Positions 1 to 8,363 of a stretch of 53,128 nt of DNA are shown piece by piece (position 1 is the stretch's first letter; every line of letters starts with the position of its first letter). Origin of the DNA: a virus; the IMG/VR virus record IMGVR_UViG_3300043400_000014, positions 1 through 53,128 of that record; one strand, written 5' to 3'. The translations under genes and the position numbers were made by a program. Under the pieces are notes generated by a model, which saw only the letters and a list, made by a program, of their open reading frames with translations, was not told the DNA's origin and did not search any database.

Positions 1-216
1 AAGTGATTGAAATCATCTGGAAATCTTAACTTCCCTATCTTTCTTAACTTTAAAAGGGGGGGTAGTAAATTTAGATATACACGGGGCAATATAAAGTCAG
101 GTAAGTAAGTTAAGTAAGTTAAGATTGCCCTTTGGGCTCAAACACTTAGCCGTCTTAACTTAGCAATTCGAAACCCCGCTAAGTTAAGACGTTAAGATAA
201 GAAATCACAACAAGAT
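1..216. repeat. Right-hand part of 269-bp repeat copy A (copy A = 52949..53001 + 1..216 across the circular junction); CGTCTTAAC/TCTTAAC motif array, G7 tract at 56..62
   Basis: 1..216 aligns gap-free to 26114..26329 with one mismatch (128 C vs 26241 T). Confidence 0.95.
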
Positions 217-458
217 TATCCGTAGTCTTTTCCCGTGAGCCAACCATCACGCACCCAATCGAACCGTACTCTGCTGTTCATAACATAGTCTCTCCACCAT
301 GAAGCCAGGTCCATGTCGCAGACTTTTCTATGAAGTATTCCCATAACTTTTGGAAATCGGTCAAAGTAAGATTTTCTCAAAGCCTTGAACTTTGAATTCG
401 ACAACAACCTGCGAACTTCTGCTGGCGGGATCGCAAGCATCTTTTCAACTTCCGTCAT
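216..458 (-). CDS. hypothetical protein (80 aa), last gene of the early block
   Basis: ORF track 216..461. Codon at 461 is GTG. ATG at 458 shares one base with the upstream TGA (TGATG). The stop codon abuts the repeat boundary. Confidence 0.6.
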   Translation of the reverse strand: MTEVEKMLAIPPAEVRRLLSNSKFKALRKSYFDRFPKVMGILHRKVCDMDLASWWRDYVMNSRVRFDWVRDGWLTGKDYG

Positions 459-649
459 CACTTACACCTTCCACACTTTACGCGACCGACCGGGGCTTGT
501 GCCTCCAGGATCGCCAGCAGCCATATAATAACCCAAATACCGGCGGTGAGTGCCGTCAGTATAAGATGCAGCGCGTGATTGGGCTGTTTCACGGCAACCG
601 TTGTCAGTTCCCCACATTTCGAACAAGTTCTCAATTCATGTTTAATCAT
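458..649 (-). CDS. small membrane zinc-ribbon protein (CxxC, hydrophobic helix, CxxC; LITAF-like layout)
   Basis: MIKHELRTCSKCGE..LILTALTAGIWVIIWLLAIL..VKCGRCK. Start moved to ATG 649 (GAGG 9 nt upstream). The longest ORF (to 709) would overlap the upstream gene by 68 nt. Confidence 0.5.
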   Translation of the reverse strand: MIKHELRTCSKCGELTTVAVKQPNHALHLILTALTAGIWVIIWLLAILEAQAPVGRVKCGRCK

Positions 650-1247
650 CCGACAATACCTCAAATTGTAATTTAGGTGCAGCTGGTCGCGGCATCCATG
701 CTCGCGCATACTTTATTTGATTTTCTCTGTACCAATCGCCCACACCTTCACGTATCGTAACCGATCTGACATTATAGGTCCAAGTCGTTGGCGCATAATC
801 CGCAATCAAAAATTCTCCATGTTTCGGCGCGGTCGCAATAGGTCGCCAACCCTCCGACGCGGCTGGCGCTGCCGGTTCATAGTTATCTTTCAACGCGCCC
901 ATAATATCACTGATGTCGTATTCTTCGCGGCGGTCAAGCATCCCATGCTGTACAAAGAAATTCACGATTTTGTTGAACTCCCCATACAATACTTTTGGCG
1001 CTCCAGCAAACAACGGTTCAACGTCAAATTCGTCGTAATTGAACGTCATAGTTTCGCCCAAAGTCGCGGCCAGCCAGTAATTTTCGCCCTTGTATTTCCA
1101 GCGATAGGCAACAGCCTCACTTGCCACGCTTTCACGATAAGCGTCAACGGCAGCACGGGCCACAAACTCGGCATGTTCGTGAGGTTGATTGCCGTATTCC
1201 AGCAAGTGAAGCATCGCTTTTTCAGTCGCATCCACAACAGTTTTCAT
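642..1247 (-). CDS. hypothetical protein with DUF551-like C-terminal domain
   Basis: C-terminal GWRPIATAPKHGEFLIADY..AWMPRP resembles DUF551 phage proteins (recall only). ATG 1247 has GGAG 8 nt upstream. Confidence 0.5.
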   Translation of the reverse strand: MKTVVDATEKAMLHLLEYGNQPHEHAEFVARAAVDAYRESVASEAVAYRWKYKGENYWLAATLGETMTFNYDEFDVEPLFAGAPKVLYGEFNKIVNFFVQHGMLDRREEYDISDIMGALKDNYEPAAPAASEGWRPIATAPKHGEFLIADYAPTTWTYNVRSVTIREGVGDWYRENQIKYARAWMPRPAAPKLQFEVLSDD

Positions 1248-1252
1248 CACCA

Positions 1253-1642
1253 TCACTCCGTTGGTATAAAGATTTCATATTTGCCATCAGGTCGGTATCG
1301 ACCTTTGTAAAGTTGATCGGGTTTCAACCCTAACTTTTTTGCGTCATCTTCATAAATCGTTAATCCGTCGCTGGTATCTTTAACCCGCACTGTTACCCAA
1401 CCCGATTTTACAACGTCCGACTTTGCGGCTTTTCTCCAATATCCTCTATGATCAGAAGGATAACCATGTTCAAGCGCTCCAGCAACATCGTCCAGCGCCT
1501 GAAGGTATCCGCCCGAGAAGCCTTCAGAAGCTAACCCGGACGAAAAACCGCCATCATCACTTCTTGCGCTATGACCCGAGACTTCTTCAGCAACAACCGC
1601 TCTAACAAGTTTAATTCGCCGCAAAACGGTTTTCTTGTCCAT
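1253..1642 (-). CDS. hypothetical protein (129 aa)
   Basis: ATG start overlaps the upstream TAA by 1 nt (TAATG); fits the gap-free minus-strand gene series. Confidence 0.6.
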   Translation of the reverse strand: MDKKTVLRRIKLVRAVVAEEVSGHSARSDDGGFSSGLASEGFSGGYLQALDDVAGALEHGYPSDHRGYWRKAAKSDVVKSGWVTVRVKDTSDGLTIYEDDAKKLGLKPDQLYKGRYRPDGKYEIFIPTE

Positions 1643-2208
1643 TATTTCCTCTTCATTTCATCAACGATCAAGGTTACGATTTTCGTAACCAATTCTGACA
1701 GATTGTGTTCAAAAGCGTTTGGCGAAGGTACGGTCACAACCGGAACCAGTTCAGTCTGAGCGGGAATAGGTCGATATTCGATAATATCGTTACTACCGTA
1801 ACCAACTTTGGCATGTACCCAGTCCCACTTTAACCGGTCAATCTGATCAAAAGGAAGGGAAAGAGTTTTACCGTTCCGATATTTGACTTCAATATCTTGA
1901 AAATTTGAATCAGGGGTTGTCAATTCCGGTGGAATTTCCTCTCCGAACCCTTTCCAAAAAGTACGAAAACCGCTTTTTGGATCGGTATTCGCGCTCCCAA
2001 TCACCGTCGTTTCTTTACAAGCTTCCAGCGCAACTCTCCTTTCGTCTTCAACCCGTTTCACACGTTCCGCTGGAAAAGTGTAAATCGTACCATCTGGAAA
2101 TTTGACGCCAACCGAATCAACGGGGGCGGTTGGAAAACTTTCCGAAGTTAAGAACAGAATTCCACCGTGGACCGTAACAGGATCGCCAATTTTAAGTTTA
2201 CTATTCAT
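1642..2208 (-). CDS. hypothetical protein (188 aa)
   Basis: The track ORF begins with TTG at 2235. ATG 2208 overlaps the upstream TAA (TAATG) and has AAGGA 8 nt upstream. Confidence 0.55.
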   Translation of the reverse strand: MNSKLKIGDPVTVHGGILFLTSESFPTAPVDSVGVKFPDGTIYTFPAERVKRVEDERRVALEACKETTVIGSANTDPKSGFRTFWKGFGEEIPPELTTPDSNFQDIEVKYRNGKTLSLPFDQIDRLKWDWVHAKVGYGSNDIIEYRPIPAQTELVPVVTVPSPNAFEHNLSELVTKIVTLIVDEMKRK

Positions 2209-2414
2209 TACTCGCATCCTTTTAGAGCGTGCCAACGTTCATGCGCAGCCTTGCGCGCTTCATAAGCGGATCGCAAAAGTGATCCGGGTTTACCTTGACC
2301 CTCCGGCGTATCCCGGACGTCATCAGCTTTTTTCCCAAATTCAAGTTCAAGATGCCACCGCCAGGTTTTATCGGTCGCTTGCGCCAGCCTTTGGGCGCTT
2401 ACGAGAGCGTTCAT
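2208..2414 (-). CDS. hypothetical protein (68 aa)
   Basis: The track ORF starts at GTG 2459. ATG 2414 has GGGAGG 7 nt upstream. Confidence 0.45.
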   Translation of the reverse strand: MNALVSAQRLAQATDKTWRWHLELEFGKKADDVRDTPEGQGKPGSLLRSAYEARKAAHERWHALKGCE

Positions 2415-2542
2415 TGAAGAGCCTCCCAACAAGTATCGCGGCTGAACGATTGCTCGCACAATTCCATAGATTTGCTATGATCGGCAGCAATAAGCCACAA
2501 AATCATAACGACCGAACCACCCAACAACATCCATCTGAGCAT
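2411..2542 (-). CDS. 43-aa hydrophobic peptide, below the 60-aa ORF-track cutoff
   Basis: Hand translation gives MLRWMLLGGSVVMILWLIAADHSKSMELCEQSFSRDTCWEALQ. GGAG lies 6 nt upstream of ATG 2542. Its TGA overlaps the next ATG (ATGA). Confidence 0.4.
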   Translation of the reverse strand: MLRWMLLGGSVVMILWLIAADHSKSMELCEQSFSRDTCWEALQ

Positions 2543-2545
2543 AAT

Positions 2546-2812
2546 TCACTCCGCAGCTGTTTCGAGGTAGCTGATAACTCCCTCTATATCCATATTTTCC
2601 AAATCGCTTACCGCACTGTCCAAAGCGTCGCAAGCGGCGTCGGCCAACTGATAGCGTTCGGACTGCTGAAGATTTTCGGGCATATTATCCCGGTAATCTT
2701 CTTCATCGCTCTTGATACTTTCAACAGCGTCGCGAAGGTCGGACAACTTTCCAGCCAGTTCAGACAATTCACCAACCAATTTCAAAATTTCTTTACGTCG
2801 AGCAGCATTCAT
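2546..2812 (-). CDS. hypothetical acidic helical protein (88 aa)
   Basis: ATG with GGAG upstream; contains a ..DNMPENLQQSERYQ.. segment; no function assignable. Confidence 0.65.
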   Translation of the reverse strand: MNAARRKEILKLVGELSELAGKLSDLRDAVESIKSDEEDYRDNMPENLQQSERYQLADAACDALDSAVSDLENMDIEGVISYLETAAE

Positions 2813-2825
2813 CGTCGTTCTCCTG

Positions 2826-3044
2826 TCAAATTGTTACGATTTCGCCAGACCAAAGTTTTACTTTGGTTCCGGAAACCAGTTCCAACGTACCCCCGAAACC
2901 GGTAGCAATATATTTGCTACCGGTTTTAAAAACCGACGCAAAATATAATTTTGGATGTATTTCTGCCAAACAACCAATCGGTTGAGATTTCTGAAAAAGC
3001 TCAGTAAATTTTTTGTCGCTTAAAGCTGGTTTTACGTTCGTCAT
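2826..3044 (-). CDS. hypothetical protein (72 aa), first gene behind a duplicated promoter cassette
   Basis: ATG 3044 lies 7 nt after the GGAG of the conserved GAAATGGAGAAC leader. Confidence 0.65.
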   Translation of the reverse strand: MTNVKPALSDKKFTELFQKSQPIGCLAEIHPKLYFASVFKTGSKYIATGFGGTLELVSGTKVKLWSGEIVTI

Positions 3045-3048
3045 CGTC

Positions 3049-3116
3049 GTTCTCCATTTCTAATCCCTCAATCGGGTATAACTACAACTTAAAGGACAAC
3101 CGGGGATAAGTCAAGA
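3049..3116 (-). repeat. 68-bp promoter/leader cassette, copy 1 (pairs with 18790..18857)
   Basis: 67 of 68 bases identical to 18790..18857 (mismatch 3072 T vs 18813 C). Confidence 0.95.
3086..3114 (-). promoter_or_regulatory. sigma70-like promoter, -35 TTGACT (3109..3114), 17-nt spacer, -10 TAAGTT (3086..3091)
   Basis: Minus strand reads TTGACTtatccccggttgtccttTAAGTT, followed by the GAAATGGAGAAC leader. Confidence 0.6.
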
Positions 3117-3138
3117 ACTTTTTTTACGGTTCGGCAAA

Positions 3139-3996
3139 TTAAATTGGTCTGGGCGGCGCTTTTTCTCCTTTCCATTTTGAACTTTTCCAATCGTTCATCA
3201 ATTTCACACCGTCTGGACCGCACTTTTTAGCCAAATCGGTGATGTTTAACCACTCCCTTGAACCAGTGGTATAAACGCTTGAATCTTCGCTCATTTCATA
3301 AAACCAATCGTGAGTAGAACATGCGTCCCATAAAGTCGCCAACGGATTAATAGCGCCTTCTTGTTGAGGTTCCGTTATGTTGATATCCGCTGCAGCACGG
3401 GGCGGTTGCTGCTTCTCCTCCCTGGCGACCGCCCCACCCCCAAGCCTCAAATATCGATAGCATTTTTGAACGTACAGGGCTTGAGCCTGAGCGTCACTCA
3501 AAGCGTTGTGAGCAATTTCGGGCTTAACGGCTTCCACTTCAGGAGCCATAAATTTCATAGTTCGAACATCCAACACGTTGTAAAACTTCCAAGGGATTTC
3601 AAATCCACACCGCCGGTAAGCGTTTTCCAAAATAGGGATATCGAAACCCGCGCCGTTAGACCAGACTTTCAAATATTTCCAATCCGTAGGAAGTCGGTGA
3701 AAACGCCGACCGAATTCCTCGATTTTCTTCAACGCTTGACTAAGCAACTGCGGTTCTCGCCCAACAAGACCGGCGCGGGCGTTATCGTTTTGAGTCATCC
3801 ACCACATAATTGTACTGGCGTCAATCCGCAAACCGGCGTTGATACAAGCCTGAAGATCAACATGGATCAAAATACCTAAACTTTCGTCAATAGAATTGAA
3901 TTCGGGATTAAAAGGTTGGATACCAATCGACAAAATAGCAGCGTCACTTGCCGTGCTCATTGTTTCCAAATCAATCATTAAATGATTGTTGCTCAT
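3139..3996 (-). CDS. DnaQ-like DEDDh 3'-5' exonuclease
   Basis: N-terminal MIDLETMS (Exo I), central NGAGFD, and HNALSDAQAQA (H-x4-D, Exo III). Confidence 0.8.
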   Translation of the reverse strand: MSNNHLMIDLETMSTASDAAILSIGIQPFNPEFNSIDESLGILIHVDLQACINAGLRIDASTIMWWMTQNDNARAGLVGREPQLLSQALKKIEEFGRRFHRLPTDWKYLKVWSNGAGFDIPILENAYRRCGFEIPWKFYNVLDVRTMKFMAPEVEAVKPEIAHNALSDAQAQALYVQKCYRYLRLGGGAVAREEKQQPPRAAADINITEPQQEGAINPLATLWDACSTHDWFYEMSEDSSVYTTGSREWLNITDLAKKCGPDGVKLMNDWKSSKWKGEKAPPRPI

Positions 3997-4166
3997 ATCA
4001 GTTCCTTTTCTTTAGCCAACCATTCAGGCATCGTGACGGTTCCGTCGGTATTAATCTCAACTTGCGATTTTGGCAACCAAACTTCCCGTTCACCGTCCCA
4101 AACCATGATAGCCCGTTCGGTCGAATATCTGATTTCGACTTCGATGTCAACAAGTTTGGTCTTCAT
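3993..4166 (-). CDS. 57-aa protein, below the ORF-track cutoff
   Basis: Hand translation gives MKTKLVDIEVEIRYSTERAIMVWDGEREVWLPKSQVEINTDGTVTMPEWLAKEKELI. It has ATGA overlaps at both ends (4163..4166 and 3993..3996) and fills an otherwise empty 166-bp gap. Confidence 0.55.
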   Translation of the reverse strand: MKTKLVDIEVEIRYSTERAIMVWDGEREVWLPKSQVEINTDGTVTMPEWLAKEKELI

Positions 4167-5053
4167 TTTTTCAAAACCTTAGCCAACTTGTCAGGCGACC
4201 TGAGCGCTGCTTTCAAAGCCTCTTGCCAAGGTTCCAGGTCATCAATCTGCTCTTCCACATGTCGCAATTCGCGTTCCATGTCGTCAACCGTCATATTCTT
4301 CAAGTCGTTTTTGAACTCTCGAATAGCTGCCTCATCAACATCCCTTATCTTGCGTTCGAGCAATGTTTTCGCAAACGGGTTTGTTGAAAGTTGATGGTTC
4401 ATTACAACGATATGTCTGGCCGGGGACGTCATCAACACACTCATCAAATCCGGCGGTGAATAATTCGGACCCTTTTTGATCCGCCCCGCGCTGCTCATTT
4501 CGGGTTTACCGTCCGCACCGAGTTTAGACATATTGGACCGGTGAACTTCAGCCAGAGCCGCCAGCTTATAATGCCCCAATCCAAAAGCCAAATAGGTTCC
4601 ATCCGCCACATAAGTCATATCGGTCAAAGCGTCCAAACAAGCAACAATATCCTTTTCGATGATCGCTTCAGCCAACTCTGCCAATTCTTCCTGACAAAGT
4701 TGTAACCGGATAAGCATCAACGCGCCGCCCTCGTCACCCTGATCCAAAGCTACTTGAGCTATAAGCTTGAGATGACGGCCCCAAGAGGCGACAACCCCTT
4801 TGTATTCTTCAATCATGCGAATAGCGTATTCACCCATGAACGGCACCGCCGGATCGGTCGCAATCGGAATATCAAAAACCTTATTGAACTCCGCAACGCA
4901 ATCCAATCCCGCATCATAATAATGACCGCCAGACGGTTGAATTGAAATCCTGGTGCCGTGAGATTGAATTCGATAACCCGGCAACAAGGTCATCCCTTTA
5001 TTAATCTCATCAGCCAAATTTTTCGCAGCTTCCAGCGCGTAATCTTCATTCAT
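4163..5053 (-). CDS. MazG-like nucleoside triphosphate pyrophosphohydrolase domain protein
   Basis: Central LIRLQLCQEELAELAEAIIEKDIVACLDALTDMTYV shows the E-x2-E ... D-x2-D helix pair of all-alpha MazG/dUTPase-like NTP pyrophosphatases. Confidence 0.6.
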   Translation of the reverse strand: MNEDYALEAAKNLADEINKGMTLLPGYRIQSHGTRISIQPSGGHYYDAGLDCVAEFNKVFDIPIATDPAVPFMGEYAIRMIEEYKGVVASWGRHLKLIAQVALDQGDEGGALMLIRLQLCQEELAELAEAIIEKDIVACLDALTDMTYVADGTYLAFGLGHYKLAALAEVHRSNMSKLGADGKPEMSSAGRIKKGPNYSPPDLMSVLMTSPARHIVVMNHQLSTNPFAKTLLERKIRDVDEAAIREFKNDLKNMTVDDMERELRHVEEQIDDLEPWQEALKAALRSPDKLAKVLKK

Positions 5054-5090
5054 TGTAGTTCTCCATTTCTCAGGGTCGTTCCCTATGCAT

Positions 5091-5119
5091 AACTTATCCC
5101 CGGTTCTTCACCGGGGCAA
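5091..5119 (-). promoter_or_regulatory. sigma70-like promoter, -35 TTGCCC (5114..5119), 17 nt, -10 TAAGTT (5091..5096)
   Basis: Minus strand reads TTGCCCcggtgaagaaccggggaTAAGTT, then the GAAATGGAGAAC leader. The spacer holds a CCCCGG/CCGGGG hairpin. Confidence 0.55.
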
Positions 5120-5130
5120 GTGATCGTTCA

Positions 5131-7488
5131 TTAAAACGGCATGTCTGTATTGGTTTCAATTTCCGGTTCCATAATATCGACATCAGGCCATGGGTAAGGA
5201 CCGCCGAACCGTTCATCAAAATGCTCCCGCGCTTCTTTCAAGTTCGGAAATTCATAAAACCAAACCTTTGCCCGGCGGATATGTTCGTGACCGTATTTGT
5301 CCGTGCTGGATATATCGGCCATTCTTTGGAATGTCCTGGGCCAAAGTGTAGGTAAAGCTTTCTTGAGAAACTTGCCCAAAGCAGTCGGGGAAACGCGGCG
5401 CATAATCCGCTGGCGTTCGGTATACGAAATATAATCGCGTTGAAGATCAACCTTGGCCACTTCACCCGTCCAACCGTCGTTGGTCAGGTTGCCGTCGTTA
5501 AGTTTTTCAAACCACCACTGTTCTTCCGGCGTCATTGACAAAACTTTCTGCTCTCGCAGCGCGTCGGTCTTGGGGAAATTCCTCACTTCAAACGCGCTTA
5601 AGTCGCGGGTCAGCAGAAAGTGTAAAAGCGCTTCGCGTCCGCCGTTATCCATTTCCCTTTGAATTGAAGCGAAGTATGCGCCGTTTTGCATCTTACTATC
5701 GCCAACGTCCACAATAAAATAGCGGCGCTCATCAGCCCCGGCAGGAACAACCCAATCATCGTTAGAAGCCATCCCAAGATGAACAAAATTTGGAGCCGCT
5801 TCAGCGTCCACGCCTTTAGCTTCCACCATCAGAAAATCTTCAGTCACGAGCGTTTTCATAATGCTTTCATGCTTTTTGTCGCCAGCATAAAACGCTTCAT
5901 CGCCGAACAACACAACGCAATCTCGCAAGTGAGCGTTGAACGATCCAACCAGATGCTTCGGATCGGACACGTGAAGATAATGACGTCCCCAAAGCGATCC
6001 GAAATGTTTGAACACGACGCCCTTACCAGTTCCCATTCGACCACGTAACACGACGGCAACTTGTCCCGGTGAATCGGGCTGTTGAACTGCCCGCGCCATC
6101 CAGTTAATCAAATATTCACTGTGAACCTCATTACCCCGGCAAACGTTTTCGCGAACGTGGTTCAAAAACAAATCGCACTTTCCCGGTCGCGCCTCGCACG
6201 CAAACCCTTGCCAAAGGTTATAAGCATCGCCGACTTCGCGACCCGGCGCAAACACGATTGTGCGGTATTGTCGCCGGTTCGGATTTTGAAGCCACCACTT
6301 ACCGAGCGGCATTTTGACCTCGTTACCGTCCTTATCCGTTCCGACAACGACCGTGATATGCATATAACGGTTTCGGAAATCATCAAACGACTGACGGGAC
6401 AACCGGGGACGTTTTAGAGCATAATCCATAACCTCACTCACAACCCGACACTTGCCTCCGATATCCTCAATAACGGCGTGTTCTTCATTGAGTTTGCGCA
6501 GCCAAGGATCAATCGCATCTTCTTTCGCGCGCTGGATTTGTCGCGCCGCGTACTGTTGTGGCCGGGGCTGGTCGAGAACGTGCCCAGAAATGCCGTAATC
6601 AGGGTCTAGGATAATCGCTGCAATCTGATCATCATCGCAACCCGCGCGCACGAGTTCGCACAAGACGTGCCAAAGGGCTTCCGACCGCGAACCGAACTTG
6701 GTCGGATCGTCGGGATCGTCCCCGTTAACGATCAGAGATTTCGTCCGTGCAGTGACTTTGTTCGGCAGATCGTCCAAATCTAGGGACGGAAGATTGCCGC
6801 TGATTTTAACTTCAGGTCCACCCCCGGCTCCAGGACTTTGAACCCTTGCTGCCGGAGTAAATTGCTTCAGATCGTAAGTCCGGTCCCAATCGACCTCAAC
6901 GACGGAAGCCAGCGCGGGTTCGCGCCCCTTTTTACGCTTTTTCGCGTTGGGGACGTTCACAGTTCCCGGCAGTCGCATAATCCGGTCGATATTGTGACAA
7001 GCGTCGGCTTGGGTCAAGACTTCAAGCTGTAAGTTATACGCCTCCAGTTCCACAGATCGGTCTTGATTGCCGTCGGTTCTCTGCTCTTCATTCAGCAGCC
7101 AGAAACCCTGATATCCGCCGCCGCTATCAATAATGACGGTCGGCTTGGGCTTGAAGTCTTGAAGTATTTTGAGCGCCCGTTTGCGTTCAGCTTGGAGTTC
7201 CTCTCCAGGTCGAGGGTCGATATCGACGTGAAGCGCAACCAAGCCGCGAATATGTTCTTTCTTGGCTTTCACGTTCATTGGCTTGATCAACGGGTTAACC
7301 GTAAAATACAAGTTTTCACGGCCTTGTCGATCATCAATCCAAGCTCTTGCTTCCTTGGCTTGGTCCGACCGGAAGGTTACAGTAGTGATTTTACCGTCTG
7401 GAACGATAGCCGTAAGTTGCCAGTTACCGTCTGGCGTCCAACCTTGAAGAAATTGAATAGCAGATGACGTGTCGCCTTTAATAATCAT
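5131..7488 (-). CDS. primase-polymerase / SF3 (D5-like) helicase fusion
   Basis: N-terminal RepB'/prim-pol-like LYFTVNP..LHVDIDP..DSGGGYQGFW; Walker A GRMGTGKG; Walker B VVLFGDEA; 785 aa. Confidence 0.8.
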   Translation of the reverse strand: MIIKGDTSSAIQFLQGWTPDGNWQLTAIVPDGKITTVTFRSDQAKEARAWIDDRQGRENLYFTVNPLIKPMNVKAKKEHIRGLVALHVDIDPRPGEELQAERKRALKILQDFKPKPTVIIDSGGGYQGFWLLNEEQRTDGNQDRSVELEAYNLQLEVLTQADACHNIDRIMRLPGTVNVPNAKKRKKGREPALASVVEVDWDRTYDLKQFTPAARVQSPGAGGGPEVKISGNLPSLDLDDLPNKVTARTKSLIVNGDDPDDPTKFGSRSEALWHVLCELVRAGCDDDQIAAIILDPDYGISGHVLDQPRPQQYAARQIQRAKEDAIDPWLRKLNEEHAVIEDIGGKCRVVSEVMDYALKRPRLSRQSFDDFRNRYMHITVVVGTDKDGNEVKMPLGKWWLQNPNRRQYRTIVFAPGREVGDAYNLWQGFACEARPGKCDLFLNHVRENVCRGNEVHSEYLINWMARAVQQPDSPGQVAVVLRGRMGTGKGVVFKHFGSLWGRHYLHVSDPKHLVGSFNAHLRDCVVLFGDEAFYAGDKKHESIMKTLVTEDFLMVEAKGVDAEAAPNFVHLGMASNDDWVVPAGADERRYFIVDVGDSKMQNGAYFASIQREMDNGGREALLHFLLTRDLSAFEVRNFPKTDALREQKVLSMTPEEQWWFEKLNDGNLTNDGWTGEVAKVDLQRDYISYTERQRIMRRVSPTALGKFLKKALPTLWPRTFQRMADISSTDKYGHEHIRRAKVWFYEFPNLKEAREHFDERFGGPYPWPDVDIMEPEIETNTDMPF

Positions 7489-7898
7489 GATCGTTTGTAC
7501 TTTGCAAGAAAATTAGCAACATCGCGCGGGTGTTCGAAAACCCTGAGCGCGTGACGGGTAAGTTCCTGTTTAGTCTTTGGACCTTTCCAAAGAGCATAAA
7601 CTATTAAACCTTCGAACAATAACCACTCACTCCCAACGCGGATGAGCAGAAAACAAATCCCTCCAGCAATCCAGCGCCGATATAACCAAGCAATTTGCTC
7701 TTTCGTCGGTGGGTGAGGTAACTGGATTTGACCGTCTCGGATCGGCCAGCGGTTGGTATGTTTCAGTTCGATCCAACCTTCTTTGTAGTTGACGTCGGGC
7801 GTACCAGGATGCGCCGGGTTTTCCACCCTAACCGGGTCCAGCCGTTCTGCCATCATATAAGGTCGCAGCGCCGTCCACATACCGCTTTCATTCGACAT
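7485..7898 (-). CDS. VRR-NUC / PD-(D/E)xK nuclease
   Basis: GTPDVNY..GWIELKHT..TKEQIAWL matches the D..ExK..Q core. Start set at ATG 7898 (GAGGT 5 nt upstream). Confidence 0.6.
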   Translation of the reverse strand: MSNESGMWTALRPYMMAERLDPVRVENPAHPGTPDVNYKEGWIELKHTNRWPIRDGQIQLPHPPTKEQIAWLYRRWIAGGICFLLIRVGSEWLLFEGLIVYALWKGPKTKQELTRHALRVFEHPRDVANFLAKYKRS

Positions 7899-8307
7899 GA
7901 GTAACCTCAACCCCGCAAAGTTGAAAGATTTCCGCCGCGTCAGCAACGCTGGCAACAATCTCAGGATCGTCTCTCCAAGGTCCAGCCGGACAAACAACCT
8001 TTTTAATTCCCGCCGACGCGATAATAGGCGCGCAAGCCCGACAAGGATGATGAGTGACGTACATCGTCGCCCCGCGCGCGCCTAAACCTATTGACAGTAA
8101 CGCGCGAACTTCCGCATGAACGACGGCCTTGTATTTCTTGGAACGGTCAAACCACCATTCATTCGGAATACCGAGCGGAAAATCGTTTATTCCGCTAGAC
8201 GTCGCACCATCAACATCTACAACATCAATAATGCAACCAACTTTTGTAGATGGGTCTTTGGATACTTTCGCTATTTTTTTAGCGTATTCAAACATATAAT
8301 TGGTCAT
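7888..8307 (-). CDS. dCMP (deoxycytidylate) deaminase
   Basis: VHAEVRAL zinc motif and HHPCRACAP (PCxxC). Start set at ATG 8307 with GGGAGAA upstream. Confidence 0.85.
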   Translation of the reverse strand: MTNYMFEYAKKIAKVSKDPSTKVGCIIDVVDVDGATSSGINDFPLGIPNEWWFDRSKKYKAVVHAEVRALLSIGLGARGATMYVTHHPCRACAPIIASAGIKKVVCPAGPWRDDPEIVASVADAAEIFQLCGVEVTHVE

Positions 8308-8363
8308 TATTCTCCCTTTCTGGATGTTCACTTTATCCCCGACGATTTGCCGGGTCAACCGTA

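Noticed and set aside
2102-2905. 267-aa plus-strand ORF, and other long plus-strand ORFs such as 41192..41974, 717..1310, 12728..13246 and 46500..47015
   Set aside because: Each lies antisense to well-supported minus-strand genes with recognisable domains and has no RBS or start context. The 41192..41974 ORF merely mirrors the tandem duplication. I treat them as shadow ORFs.
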